NCBI RefSeq assembly: GCF_009914755.1
Contig: NC_060931.1
DNA from: the human T2T-CHM13v2.0 reference genome, Homo sapiens
Reading direction: 5' to 3' (one strand)
DNA: 64,000 nt
Shown piece after piece: positions 43,750-58,721 of this stretch (its first letter is position 1; the number at the start of each line of letters is the position of its first letter). The notes beneath the pieces are model-generated. The model was not told where the DNA came from. It searched no databases and worked only from the letters and a program-made list of their open reading frames with translations. Made by a program: the position numbers and the translations under genes.

Positions 43750-46700
43750 ACTTATCAAACTTTTCTCATTTAGTTAATCCTTTATGTATTTTGTTTAAGA
43801 AACCTTTCTACTCTGAAATAATAAAGGTATTCATTTAAATTTTTTTCTTACTTGTAAAGTTTTATCTTTCCTAATATATTTAATTTATCCAGAAATCTTT
43901 TTTGTATATAAGAATGAATTCTATTTTCTTTTCTCCTCTATGGATAAATAACTATCACTGTAAAATTTATAAAACTCCACCTCAGTTATATATCTTATTT
44001 CTGTACATGAAGAGGTCTACTTCTGGACTTACTGTTGCACAAATTTTTACCTTTGCACTAAGACCACACTATTTTAATTAGCTTAGCTTGATAGCAGGCC
44101 TGGTAGTTGGTAGAGCTATTCTCTTAACCTTATTCTTATTCATCAGGAGTGCCCTGGCTCTTCTTGACCCCTTGATCTTCTATTCAAATATTATCATAAA
44201 CTAGTCAGGTTCCTCAAAAACCACTTTTGGGAGTAGGATTGGATTTTCCCTGAAACTCTCATTTAATTTAAAGAAAATTGACATCTTAGCAATATTGATT
44301 TTTCCTAACTGAATATGGGCACCTCTCTGCATTTATTTTTTTAATGTATTTCAATAAAATTTTATAATTTTCTCTATACTGGCATTGCACATATTTTGTT
44401 ACACTTATTCCTGAGTACATTATCATTTTTGTTTATACTGAAAATGGTGGGTTTAAAGTTTCGCTTTCTATGTATTGCTGGTGTTTAGAAATACAACTGA
44501 CTTTTGTTTTTGATCTCATATCTAGTCACTTTCCTAATAAACCTATTTTTATTCTAAGAAACTATCTCTATATTCTTTGGATTTTCCATATAAACAATAC
44601 TATTTGTAGATAACAGTTTTGTTTCTTCTCTTCAAAAACATATTCATTTATTTTACTTATATTTCATCGACTAGAAACTTCAGTGTAATATTGAAAAGGA
44701 AGAGCAATAGAAGGAATTATTGTCTTATTCTTAATTTTAAAAGGAATATTTCCAAAATTTATCATTAAGAATGGTGTTTGCTGTAAAGTTTTGATAAATA
44801 CTTATATTGCTGAGTTAGAAAGGTAGTAATCATGAATGGATGTTTAATTACACGAAATGATTTTCTGCTTTCAGTGAGATGAGCAAATGATATTTTTCCT
44901 TTATAAATGTGGGGAAACATATTCATTGATTTTATGATGTTAAAATACCTTTATATTTCTGGGATAAATGCAACTTGATCATAATGTATTATCATTTTTA
45001 TACACTGCTAGATTTGGTTTGTTAGTACTGTGTTTTTCATTTTGGCATTGACATCTGTGAGTAAAATCAGACCATAATTTTTTTTCACATATAGTCCTTA
45101 ACTGTGTTTTGGTATTAGAATATAAGTTGTGTAGAATTTCCTCTTTGTCCATTACCTAAAAGAATTTTTATGAAGTTAGAATGATCTGTTTTGCTTAAAA
45201 ATTTAAAGAATTCATTGATAAAATTGAGCTTACTATTTTTAATATGGGGAGGTTTAAAATTACTAATCTGAATTTCCATTTCTTATTGAGTCAGTTTTAA
45301 TAGGTTTTAATTTTTCTACAAATCTATACATTTTATGTTTCAATTTTTTTCTTAAAAAATCATGCATAATATTATTTTGCTTTGGCTTTGTCTTTGTGAC
45401 TTAGTAAATTCTGCCACAGGATTATATGTATTACTTGTCTATTAAAATAACTTTCTTCTTTCTTTCTTCTCTTCATTATATGTTTTCTGTTTCATTAATT
45501 TATCTTATTTATTATCTTTTATTCTATTTTCCTTGAATTTATTTTACTGATTCTTTGTGTAAAATCTTAAGTTGAATTACCAGCAAATTAATTTTCAGAC
45601 TTTTTGTATTCTATTGTAAGTATTAAAGGACACACACATACCCCTTCAAAAGATTCAATATTCTTCGTTTTATGTTAATTTTATTATTAGTCAGCTCTAA
45701 GTATTTGTTATCCATTACCAAATGGATGAAGACTGTGAAATTCATTGCTTAATTTATTTCTATCTTAATAATACTGAGATCTGTATAACATTCTTCGAAA
45801 TAAATAAAACTCTAGTATTTAAAGCTTCAGATATAGTAGAAAATAATGTGTATTCTCTGATTGTTGGAAATACAGTTCTATGTGTGCCCCTGAAATCAAG
45901 CTTGTTGATAGGTTGTTCAAATTCTTCATATTATTATATTGTTTGTCTGATGTTCTAAAAATAAAAATATAGGGAGTTTGTGAATCTGTTAATTTTTTCT
46001 AGTAGCCAATTTCTCCTGTAGTTCTATCATATTTTGCTTCATATATTTTGGTGTTTAGCTAGACCCATACAGGTTTAGTACTGTTATTCTTCTGGTGAAT
46101 TGAAACTCTCACTGTTTATAAATATTTATTTTATCTTTAAAAATGCTCTGTGTTTTAAGTTTTATTTTATTCAATTTAATACAGCTACCACAGCTTGCTT
46201 GCTTGCTCACTTGCTTTGCTTGCCTTGCTGCTTTTTCTATGTTTAAATTCACCAAACTGAGCAATGGAATCTTTCCAGCACCCCAGGAACCCCCTGGTGT
46301 TCCCTACTCATCACTACCCCCATACATTCCAGAGGGTTAACATTCACAACTTCTTTATTTTGTTTTGTATGTTCCTGGTTATCTCTTTTTCCATTCTTTT
46401 ATGATCAGTCCCCCTAAGTTTCTATATTTCCCTTCAATCCAGTCTGACAATTTCTATCTTTAACTTTTAGCAGTTATAGTTAAATTGCTATAATTAGGGG
46501 ATTTATTACACCTATATTTATTTATGGTATAAATAACTGGTGAATTTAATTACATTTATTGTTCTTTGCATAAGATTATTGTTTATAAATATTTATGTCT
46601 TTAACCTCATATCATGGAAGCAGTCTTAGGACTGGCCATAGGACTTGCTTTAGAAAATAATATTTTAGCAGATGTAACACAGCATAAGGACTGAATTATG

Positions 46701-48600
46701 CTTGTTATGTGTCTCTGCTGTAGCCATTAGAAAAATATCCCTAGGTTAGCCAGCTGGTCCTACAAGGAGGATGAAAGATATGTGGAGCAGATCCAAACCA
46801 CCTTAGCTCAGCAGAGCCCTCAGCAAACCTAAAGATTCATAAACACAGATGCTTATTGTGTTAATCCACTGAGTTGTAGAATGATTTGTTACTAATTTTG
46901 TGGCAATAACTAAATGATACTTTCTTATTCATATATGTTTATTTGTTTTTACTCTTTTGACTTGTGTGCTTCTTATCTGTCTCACTATTGTTTCCTTTTC
47001 CCTTATGGAAGAAGAAATAATTGAATTCTCTGTCAGTTTATCTGTTTTTGTCTCATTGCAATTCTTCCTTCTGTTTGTTTAGAAATTGTAAGTTCTATTT
47101 CTATTTTTGAAAGACACCCTTAAAATTTTATCAGGCATATTAAACAAAGCCTAAAGTCAGTCTTTTTTCCTAAAAACACAAGAGCTTCATAATAATTTCA
47201 TTTCAATCACTACTTCCCAATATACATACTATTTTTTTCTAGTAGGTTAGTTGTATATGTTTAACTCCCAAATTGGGTATTATTAAAATTAATATCTTAT
47301 ACAGGTTATTTTTGTCTAGATATCTTAAAATAGCTCTGCTGTCTTTGCTTGCCACTTTTTCTTGCAGATCTTCCAACTTTTTAAAAAATATATATGTTGC
47401 CTTTATAAATGAAGGTCTTGTAATCATAAATTCTGCCAGTTTTTATTTACATTAAGTATCTTTATTTCATTCTTGTTCTTAAAATCTAATTTTGAAGAGT
47501 ATATAGTTTTTCCCAACATATTGAATATATTATTCTACTGTATTTTGACATCTATTATTGAGGTTGAAAAGTCTGCTGTTAGACTATTTGCTACTCCTTT
47601 ATGGGTAATATGTATTCCCTCTCTCTCTGGTTGTTATCCAGAACTTTTCTTTGTCACTAAAAGTTTGCTAAAACTTTGCACAACATGAATTTATTTTTTA
47701 TTCTGCTTGAGATATATTCTGATTCCCACATGGGTGGACTTCTGTATTTTATCAAGTCTGAAATTTTTTTTGGCCATTGTGCCTTTAGGTATTTCCTCAA
47801 ATAAATGCACATTAGTTCTTTCATTCTACAATGTCTCCCATGACTCTTAAACTTTCTTTCATATTTTTTATCTTCTACTTCTATGCTACTTTTAGTGGAG
47901 CTTCTTTAGGTCTGTATTTCAATTCGGTCATTCTCTCTTTATGGCATTAACTCTGTGGTTAACATATCCATTATGCTTTTAATTTTGACTTGTTTTAAAT
48001 TTAGAGATTCTATGTGGATGATTTTCAAATATGCCTAGCCATTTTGACATATTCTTGTTTCAGTATTTTATTTTAAATTTGCTTTTTAAAATTTTTATAT
48101 AGGTATTTATATTCCACATATGCAAATTCTGATATTTGAAGTCCTTGTTGACAGTTATCTGTTGTTTGCTGTCCTTTCAACTTTCACTCACAGTGGCTAG
48201 TTTCCTTGGGCATTTTTACTACAAACTTGTTTTGTTGAACTTACTCTATAGAAATCCTAAGATTCTAAAATAGGAATACTGATCTCCAGGGATAGGTATG
48301 ACAGCCAGAAGGTACCACTGAGCTAGGATACTTTATCCCACTTTGAGCATCTTAAATTAATATGAGAATCTCAAGTTCATCTCTTTCACCTTTCTGCTAA
48401 CCCAGGGCTTATTCTCTACTCCAAAAACTGATAAGAGATTTTTGACTGGAACAATCCTAACTTTTACCTCTGGGTTTTTTTCTGTTTCATATTTTGTTTT
48501 AATTTTTAATTGACATTTCGAGTTTTTTGATTTGCCATAGAGATTTCCCTTACACCTTGAGAAGAGCAGCAATCCACTAAAAATTTTGTTTGTATAATTA
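43750..48600 (-). mobile_element. Long, highly degraded L1M (L1ME-class) relic, ORF2 toward ORF1
   Basis: T-rich strand bias with antisense ORF2 motifs: 'aaattgacatcttagcaatattga', 'ttgtcttattcttaattttaaaaggaa', 'tttctgggataaatgcaacttgatcat', 'aataatgtgtattctctgattgttgg', 'gaaaagtctgctgttag'. Confidence 0.7.
46600..46921 (+). mobile_element. Old MaLR LTR fragment (MLT1G/H-like) nested in the L1M
   Basis: 'ggccataggacttgcttt..tttagcagatgtaac', 3' end 'gcttattgtgttaatccactgag..tttgttac..ggcaataactaaatgatac'. Confidence 0.55.
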
Positions 48601-49504
48601 TTGCAGGATCAACGCATTTAAATGGTTGAGAGTTCAACTACCTAGTAACCAATATTGCCCCCAAATATTTTCACAACATACTCTTTTTAAGGATTCAAAA
48701 CAACTTTATGAAGGATGGTGTAATATTATCATCAGTATCAAATACGAAAGCTGAGTCTTAAGTGAGTTATTACTCTAAAGATACAGAATGCCAAAAGTAA
48801 ACATTTGTCAAAGCTGAAACCTTGATGACAAAATAAAACAAATTTATCCTGGAGCTTTGACCCAAAGAATCCTTCAATGTAACGTGACGTTCTTATTATA
48901 TCAATATTTTGTTTGTATGAAACAAACTTTATTACAATAATATTTTATATTTTTTTAAATTTGTATATCTACAAGCCTTAAAAACTAAAGGTTTCCTAAC
49001 TTAGCATTTACATTTTTCTCAAATTTTGTGAAGTTTAACCAAATGCATCAACAGGCGTTAGGATTTATGAAAGTTTAACTTTAAAAATTATTTTTAACTA
49101 TAACTTCACAGAGACTGAGATAACAAAAAGATGATTTTTTTTTTCTGAGTAAGCCAGTGCTCAAGAGTGAATAATTTTGAAGCCAAATAGGGATTTCAGT
49201 TTCTATATGGAGCCTTAACCATAACTTCCCTGGGGAATTTTCCAAGTCTGCAAAATAATACCTTAAAATAAATACTTGCAAATCCATAGCACTATTCATG
49301 TGAGCCTAAGCATCGTTAAGCCTTAGATGACATATTCCATCTTGCAGACAGTGATATAGAAACACAGAAGCATTAAGTGACTTTGGTAATGCCACAGAAG
49401 GTCAACTAAAGCTGAGTCAGTAACAATATATCTCAGAAGTATCTAAAAGGAGAATCAGTTCTAGGGGATTTTCAGGTTTAGAAGATTCTGAAATATCTTA
49501 GGAG

Positions 49505-49662
49505 GGTAGTTCTCCACAAAAACCGTCACCAGGGTACTTGATGGAAATGCAAATTCTCAGGTTCCTCTCAGACCAACTGGAACAGAAATTCAAAATTGTA
49601 CTGTGTTTTGACAAACACTTCATGTGACTCTAGTACACCCAAAAGTTTGAGAGCTACTGCTA
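49505..49662. mobile_element. MER5A-like hAT-Charlie fossil
   Basis: 'gaaatgcaaattctcagg..cagacc', 'ctgtgttttgacaa..gtgactct..aaagtttgagagctactg'. Confidence 0.7.
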
Positions 49663-51039
49663 TAGGCAAAGTAGATAAGACATGATCTTCTTTCCATCTC
49701 CCTGGACCAGTTGCAAGCTGCAATAACTATCAGAGAGGAGGTGAGAAGCAGGAATCACAGACTGCAGTGTCCACAGATGCTACCAGTATGATTCATTATG
49801 GAGATTCTTTATAGAACTAGTCCTCGACCTTGAAGTCAGGCTAGGCCAGCCTGCCAATATTTATAAAATACGTAATTTGCTACCAGTAATAAAACAATGA
49901 CTTTACTATTGACATTTATGTAAACAGCAATGAGTTGAAGAATTTCCTTACAATAATGTCACATCGGTCATATACATTATGGCATATTTCCCTAAATTCC
50001 AAAGAAATACGTTAAGTTATAGCTGGAGTGCTAACCACTTAAAAACATTATCAGGTTGTCTTTTACATGCTATAGCCAATAGTGAGAAACTATTAACAAA
50101 GTATGTGCTAATAGTTTTGGAAATTAGAGATGGCTTTAGTACCATACTTTTCCCAAATTCAGCATACATCTATAGAATTGTCTTATGTGAACACAATTGT
50201 ATGTACTCAGCTAACAACCTCCCACAATCTTCTATTGCAAAGTAATCTGAGTGGACAGTGCAAAGTAACAAGAGGTAGGGAAGCAAGCAAGCAAGTAATG
50301 AGCTGGAAGAAACCAAATTACGCTCTATTCAGCAAGAGGAATAGAGAGCAGGGACATGGGGGAAAAAAAACTGACCCAGCCACACAGACTGCCCCAGAAA
50401 ACACATGTGACATTAACAAGTTTAGCTGCATTTCAGAAATTGGGCAGTATCATCTTAGGTGGTACAACCTCATAGACAAGTATAGTCAAGGAAGAGAAAT
50501 GACATTGACAAACACTGGGTGGGTAAGTCAGGAATCAGGAGTATAGGGGAACATACATGAGCACAGAATCACTCCCAGTGCAGCATTACTAGGGTCTGAA
50601 GGATTGTTTAAGCTTAATTATGCAAGAAAATTTGGGGTTTATTGGCCAGAGATCAAATGCCAAAATAGTAAAAATTCAAAGATGTCAATGTTCAAAAAAT
50701 AAAATTAGTCCAAACCAGTATATGAAATAATATTCTATGGAAGGTATTGTGGAAGAAAAGAGATATCAGCAGAAGACCCAACTGAATGCTATCAAAAAGA
50801 ATTTTTTATAGGGGAAAGAAGAGAAATGAGAGTGATTACAAGCAAAAGGAATTAAGTTTTTGTTATACACTCTCACATCTCTTTTTGACTTCTCATTCCC
50901 ATCTACAAAGATAGTTCTTGTAACCATCAGCCTCTCCCAGATTGTACATTTTCTATAAAGTACATAGTCAAAATGTGAGAGGAGGCTTCTGATTCCTGAA
51001 ATTTGCATGTTGAAGTAATAACTTTCAAATATAACAGGG

Positions 51040-52420
51040 AGATATCTGCTTTTGGCCATGAGTAATTGGTTTTAGACTTACCCTCCCATCACAAACAACT
51101 ATAAAACTAGTCACTTTTATCAGATATCAGATAACAGTCAATGTAAGGGATGATCTTGGGCCTTCCTGCTTGTGAGAAGTCCCCTGGCCTCAGTAAAGAG
51201 TACTAGAACCCAGCTAACGAGCACTGGTCTCCATTGCTCAGGAGCTAAGGAGACAGAAATAAAAGTTCAGGATTGCTGAGTTGGATTTAATTTGCAAGGC
51301 AAAGTATTAGAGAATAGGAAGCTGCACAGAGGACAGAAACAGCAGAAGTTTCCATGAGTTTCTCCATAGGCTAATGGCTGAGAACTAGGATGTCTAGCAC
51401 AGTGAGAACTACTAAGAAGCAAAGCAGAAAATGGCTGCTGTGGGGCTGAAAGCTGGGCAAAAATATTGGAGGCTATGCAGTTCTAGATGCTGCTGGAATT
51501 CTGGCCCTGCAACAGTAAATGGACCTCATTCAGCATTTCAGGCATTCACATGGCTCCCAGAAAGACTGTGCCCTACAGGAAGAGTCATATCCTCAGACAC
51601 TAAGGGCAGAACAGAAATAGACCCACCCTAATAAAGCATAAAAACAAAGCCTGAGAGTGTTAATAAGATATACCCGTAATTTGACTATCTGCCACAACAA
51701 AACAATAATCTCTAAAGGAAAATAACATTATCCAGACTCTTTACTACATAAAATCTACAGTGTCCAACATATAATAAAAATTACTAGATATGTAAAGAAG
51801 CAGATAATTTAATACATAAGAGTTTACAGCAGTCAATAGAAAGAGAACTAAAAATGATCCAGATGTTAGAAATAGCAAAGACTTTAAAAAAAAAATTATA
51901 AATCTGTTTAGAGGACTTGAGGGATGAACATGAGAATGCAGACAGAATCTCAGAAGAAAGGAAGAGGACATTTTAGACCTGAAATGTACAATTTCTGAAA
52001 TAAAAGACTTACTGGATGTGCTGAATAGCAGATTGTACACAACAAAAAAGATCAGTGAACTTGATGCTGGGTCAACAAAATTCTCCAGACTGTAGAACAC
52101 ATGGAAAAAAAGATGGAAAAAATTATCTGTGATTTGCAGTACATATCAACTAATCTCAGAAGGAGAGAACACAGAGCAGCACAAAAAGTATTTGAAGAAA
52201 TAATGCAAACATTTTCCCAAATTTGAGAAATATGTCAGCTTCAGGGAGCTCAAAAAACCCTTACACAGGATAAATACAAAGAAAATCATTCCTAAGCATA
52301 TCAAACTACTGAGGAACAAAGACAATGAATTTAACATACAGATAAAGAATGATGAGAAAGAGTATCTTAGGGAGAAAAAGTGAGATTGACTGGGACTAAA
52401 GTGAAATGATGCCTCAGAAT
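51040..52420 (+). mobile_element. Old L1M 5' region/ORF1 fragment
   Basis: 'gacttaccctcccatcacaaacaactataaaact', A-rich ORF1-type motifs 'gatcagtgaacttga', 'aagtatttgaagaaataatg..ttttcccaaattt', 'ataaatacaaagaaaatcattcctaagcatatc'. Confidence 0.65.
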
Positions 52421-52786
52421 TCCAGAAACTGTCATTAGGCTTAACATACATTTCATATCCTCACTCATGAAAAAAATCATAAAATCCCCTATGGTGATTG
52501 GATTTACAGTCTGAGGTCACCCATAATTGCTTCCTGTTTTTATGAAATTTGGTACCAGAGTGTTACACATTTGAAACTAGTGTCTAAATATTCCAGCCCA
52601 AAGAGCAAATCATGTTCTACACCAATATTCCCAGAGCATATCAAACTAGTTTAATAACCTCAATCTCTATCACCATGTCACAATACAACAAAAAACTCTC
52701 AAGGACAGGAATTTGGGAATTTAAAGGGCCACTCTTGTAGTTTTCCTTCTTGTGGCTGGAGCTATGCATCAGATTAACTGCCTTGA

Positions 52787-53334
<548 letters not shown>

Positions 53335-53401
53335 TAATTTGATTCTACAGCTACCTCTCCACAGCGTAAAGCTGGTGAAGCACAAATGCCAGTGTTTGTA
53401 G

Positions 53402-53834
53402 CAGTGCCATATGAAGCCTTTTTGTACCCTGAGGCAAAAGAAAAAATGTACACCTATATAGACATGTATCAGCATATCTTTTCATATTTTGAACCAAGGG
53501 GAACATAGTAATAAAATTTGTACAATCAAAAAAATATAAGAATATCTAAAGCCCCACATTGCCCAGTCCATTGGCACACGATTGTTAACCCTCAGCTGTG
53601 GGCTGATGGAAGTGACTGGCCCCTTCACATATTAATGTAAGGCCATAAAGCAAGCAAATAACAGCTGTCGTTAGTTAAAAGTTTGATATGTTCACCATAT
53701 ATTTTCTACATATATTTTGATTTTTTAAATATTGCTTTAAAATATTATTAATTTTGATTACTGAGTTTTGGTGTCCCCTTAGATTTTGCACTTTGGAAAA
53801 ATACCTCACTTACCTCAACCTAATCCTATCCCTG
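53402..53834. mobile_element. hAT DNA-transposon fossil (MER96B-like)
   Basis: Starts 'cagtgcc..cctgaggcaaaagaaaaaat'; ends 'ttgattactgagttttggtgtcccctta.attttgcac..cctcacttacctcaacctaatcctatccctg'. Confidence 0.55.
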
Positions 53835-53899
53835 GAGATTGTTGTCTCAGAGACCAAGTGCTTGCATCTCTGCCTAATAACCCACTGTAGCCCTTGATT

Positions 53900-54380
53900 C
53901 AATGGTAGATAGAATAATGGTCCCACAAAGATATCCACACTCTAATATTAAAACCTATGAATTTGAATACTTTATGTAACAAAAAAAAAAAAGACTCTGT
54001 AGATGTGATTAACGTGAAGGACCTAAGATGGGGAGATTATCTTAGAGTATTCAGGTGGACCCAATCTAATCAAATGAGTCCTTTAAGGAAGAGCGCTCTT
54101 TCTAGCTGCAGAGAACCAGAGAGATAGAAGAACTCAATTTGCCTTTGTAGGCTTTAAAGATGGAAGTAGGGGGCTTTGCCTCAAGGAGTGCAGGAGGCCT
54201 TGAGAATCTGTAAAAGGCAGATAAATCTCCAGAAAGGAACACAGCCCTATGCCTTGATTTTAGCCTAGTAAGAACCACATTGAACTTCTGCCCTACAGAG
54301 CTGTAAGATAGTAATTTTGTGGACTTTTAAGCCATTAAATGTGTGGTACTTTGTTACAGCAGCAATGGAAAACAGATACA
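53900..54380 (+). mobile_element. MLT1D-like MaLR solo LTR
   Basis: 'gaataatggtcccacaaagatatccac', 'gatggggagattatc', 'ccttgattttagcc', 'tttgttacagcagcaatggaaaacagataca'. Confidence 0.85.
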
Positions 54381-55309
54381 CCACTTCTCTCTATAGGAAT
54401 TGCTCATCTCTGTCTCTGGGACTCAGGACCACCTGGATTTTTTCCCTAACAGGTTTTTGTATCTCGAAATAGCTAATCTCTAGGAGAAGAACTTGGCATG
54501 TTGGTACCTTTTAATTCCCAAAAGAGGTTCACTTCAAATTTTCCAAGTCCTTCCTCCAGAAACCTTCAAATTCCTCAAATCAATAGCTTCCCTGCAAGGA
54601 AAACAACACCACAAAAAATATTCACATTTTGGAGATCCTGCTATATAGCATTTTCTCAGAGTTTCTTCAAATTATATTCCTTTAAGTTAATTACTAGATG
54701 GGTTTATGAGTTATTTAGTGAACTGGAATGCTATAGAAGGCACAGAATGGGCAAGGAATGGGGGCAGTGGGCATAGGATTCATGTGTGACTCACATTAAT
54801 TCCCAGAGATAAGGTTCGTTTTATGACTGCATCCCCATATGAACAACCTGGTCTTTTCCATTAAAATTAAAATATTACCTTTCTTACAGAATCAGTTTAA
54901 ACCCTGACACTTCATCTCACAGACAAGATCAACTTAGAGACTGCTCAGAAACACACCTGAAGTGGTCAGGCTGGGGTGGACTCAATAGAGAATGGTTAGA
55001 GAAGGGAAAAGAGACAAAGGAATTAAGAGAGTTGACACAGCAGGAGAAGGGGTGGACGGCAGGAGGCAGGTTAGATCATTAACAACTTAGAACATCACTC
55101 CTACAGCTCAACTCTTCACGCCTAAAAGATCTGAATTAAAAAGTGGGCTCTGCAAAAGTCTAACTGCTCATATAGTCTTTTAACCTAAAAGGAGGGGGAA
55201 ACTTTAAAAGTCCAAATGTTATCTATTGCCATATTTGACATTAAGTTCATTCATGAATTGCTCAGGTCACTGTTAGAATGATTCTTACTAAACTTTAAAA
55301 CATAAAATG

Positions 55310-55741
55310 TGTTAAATCAAACTAAAATTTTGCCCGAGAAAGCCTCCATACTCACATACTTGAGTTCTTAACATATGAACTACAACCTACGTTAGTACAT
55401 AGATGAACTGGAAACCTAACTTCAGAGTATGCTTTTGTAACAATAGCTGAGTCTCAGCCAATCACAGAAGTTGTATTGAACCCCTCACAGGCAGCCAACC
55501 ATGCAAACCTTGTTCAAATAAGGCAAACCCAGAGCTGTAACCAATCCAGCGTTTCTGTACCTCACTTCTGTTTTCTGTACATCACTCTCCTTTTTCTGTC
55601 CATAAATCTTATCTGACCATGCCACAGCCCTGGAGTCTCTCCAAATCTGTTTTAATTCTCAGGGCAGCCCAAATCATAAACTGTTTCCTTTTCCTTGCTT
55701 AAACTGTTAGATTCAATTTGTCTAAAGTTTTTATTTTAACC
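55310..55741 (+). mobile_element. MER57-type ERV1 solo LTR with 4-bp TSD (aatg)
   Basis: 'tgttaaatcaaactaaa', 'gagtctcagccaatcacag', 'gttcaaataaggcaaac..gagctgtaaccaatccagc', 'aatttgtctaaagtttt..ttttaac'. aatg at 55306-55309 and 55742-55745. Confidence 0.85.
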
Positions 55742-58287
55742 AATGCCTCCACAAAATCAATATTCCATCTGCATGTCTAGGTAGAAAATGGAAAGAACAG
55801 AAATAGTTTTAACCAGAAATCATTTGATTTTTAAAAAGGTCTAATAAACATGGCCATAGAACAGTATCTATAAATTATAAGGGATGGTTTTACATAACAG
55901 AAAATTATATAATGTTGGCTTGATGCAAGCAATTTAGCAGATTGGTTCAAATTTGTCATCTGCACTTTCTAGTTTTAGTGGTTCTCAAATGTATATTCTC
56001 ATATCCACATGCAAATAAATATTAAGGGTCATCAACAGCTTCTTTGTAATCTACAGTATTTTTTCTTTAGCTTAAGAACAGGGTCTGAAGATTTAGCAAA
56101 ATCCTAACTATTAACTAACCAATTCTATATCAATATCTCACAGCTCTTTCACTCAAGTGACAATCTTTTCATTTCAATTCAATACCTAGTCTGAAATAAT
56201 ATCTACGAAAACCCAGAAGTGGTGTGTCCAAAAATTAAACAATACTTTTTAAAAGCTCTCAAGTTAAAAGGAAATTAATTCATTGTACTTTTTATGGAGT
56301 TTGAATCCACATTCCCAAGAAAGGGCAGGGATTCCTTTGGAGTCCTCAGCAAATACATTTCTTCCAGCCTCTGGCTATAGAGAGCAGTTGTGATTCCCAA
56401 GGCAACTCAGTATTGCCAAGAAAAACCTGTGCCTCCCACAAACATACGAGCCCTCATTCACAACTCAATAATAAATAAGCAACTTTGCCTTGGCTGGGAG
56501 AAAACAAGGCTAATATAGGTGGAATTGAATATCAGAAACAAAAGCTATAAATCTTCATTGTTCTTATTTAAATTATTCAACAATTGATCTTCTTCCACAC
56601 ACAATAGAAAAACTATGTTGATAAGGTATAAAACAAAAATTGTTTAAACTTAAGACAATCTTACCAAACATACAAACTCCTATTAGCAGGTATATTTTCA
56701 CACTCAATGTATCACACTCCCCCAAGTTTGTTTGAAGAAACTATGTGACAACAAAGCACTTTTTTTTCTTTTGACAAATCAGTAAAAACAATATAACCCA
56801 ACAATTATAATGTACATGTATATGTTGGATATAAAAGGTTCATGCATATTTTTATAGGCTTTTTTCTTGTCTTTGTCTTTTTTTTAATTCGTTCTATTTC
56901 TTTTAAATTCTATTAACAGGACTGGAGCTCCATTCAGCTGGAACTTTGGACCTGGGTTCCATTTAATTGGGCACCAGCTCTGCACCAAAACACATATGGA
57001 ACAAATTATTCTACCTTTTAAATCACAGCAATGTATAAATCTGGAAGAAAATGCTGCATTTTCTGACCTAGGAATCCTTTCCCAGAGCTTTAAAAAAAAA
57101 AGCTGCTTTTAAAAAAATTATTATTGAAAAAAATGTTCTAATATGTCTTCAGAATTTTTGAAAACTTATTTCCATGGAATGACAGCTCAATCACATATGG
57201 AGATTTCATTAAACTGGTTTAACAAGAATTCCTGTTCAGAAGAGTTTAGTACTGAGCAAGCTGGTTACCAACCTCAAGAGTCTTACACTTTAAAGATACA
57301 ATAAAATATATTCAAACATATATTCTCTTTTCTGAAATGTGTTGGTAGTATATTAACACAACCAGTTATATCTCTAGGATGCCAAGTAATGTCAAGAAAA
57401 AATTGCTCTGGACAAAGTTAAATGAGCAAGGAAGACTTTATTCAAGCTATTTTAATAGGGGACAGAGACAATTGTCAAGAAGACAATAACTCTTCTTGAA
57501 AGTCTAAAATGTAGCAAAGCTGAGGGGAACTTTAAGGCTGTCTTGGTCGATAAACAAGAAAAGGGAAACTCTAGCACTGAAAAAGTTACTTTTGAGCAAT
57601 ATTTTAATAAAAGAAAAGCACACAAATTCCTCTAAAGGAAGGGGAAGCTGTCTGAGGCCGAGGTGGTGCTCTGCCAGGAGCAAGCTGACAAGTCTCACTC
57701 AAGTGCTGGCAAACAGAGCTTGGGGGCCGGAGCAGGAGCCTGAGCTGGGAGGAGGCTGGCCATTCATTCCAGGAAACTAGTGGGTGGAGGGCCTTGATGC
57801 CTGTGATTAAGAGTGTTAATTTGGATTGAGAGGTAATTGGGCATTGGCACAGGACTCAGAAAGGGGAAATAATGCAATCAAAGAGAGGCCTGAGGAAGAT
57901 GATTGTGACACCTGTGAGAGAATTGAGGCTACAGAGGCTGAGGCGGGAAGACCAATAAGGAGGTCATTATCCTGCTGCCTAGACTGTTAGAGTGCTCCAT
58001 CTCTGCACTAATCCCCACTCTGTCCCTTTTTCTTCAGTGAAGCACTTCTCCTGTCTCTCTCCTTAATTATCTTTTCACAATACAGTCCCTATGACCACCT
58101 TTTAAAAAATCAAACTGTCCTTCTTATTTCTTTGAAATCTCTCCAGAAAGTACACTTGAACCATAAGATTTAAGATGTAATTAAATCATCAGATCTTCCA
58201 GGCAGAAGATGTGAAGCGATAATTAAGAGTTTCCTAAGTTTGCCTGATCATAAGACCCAAGTAGGGATGTTTAAAACATGTGTTTAA

Positions 58288-58721
<434 letters not shown>

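Noticed and set aside
49979-50546. Overlapping 88-aa and 138-aa ORFs in unique sequence
   Set aside because: No domain resemblance or convincing splice/promoter context; lengths are compatible with chance in 64 kb.
57390-57482. Short ERV-LTR-like fragment bounded by tgtcaagaa direct repeats
   Set aside because: Too short and degraded to assign a family or treat the repeats as a TSD with confidence.
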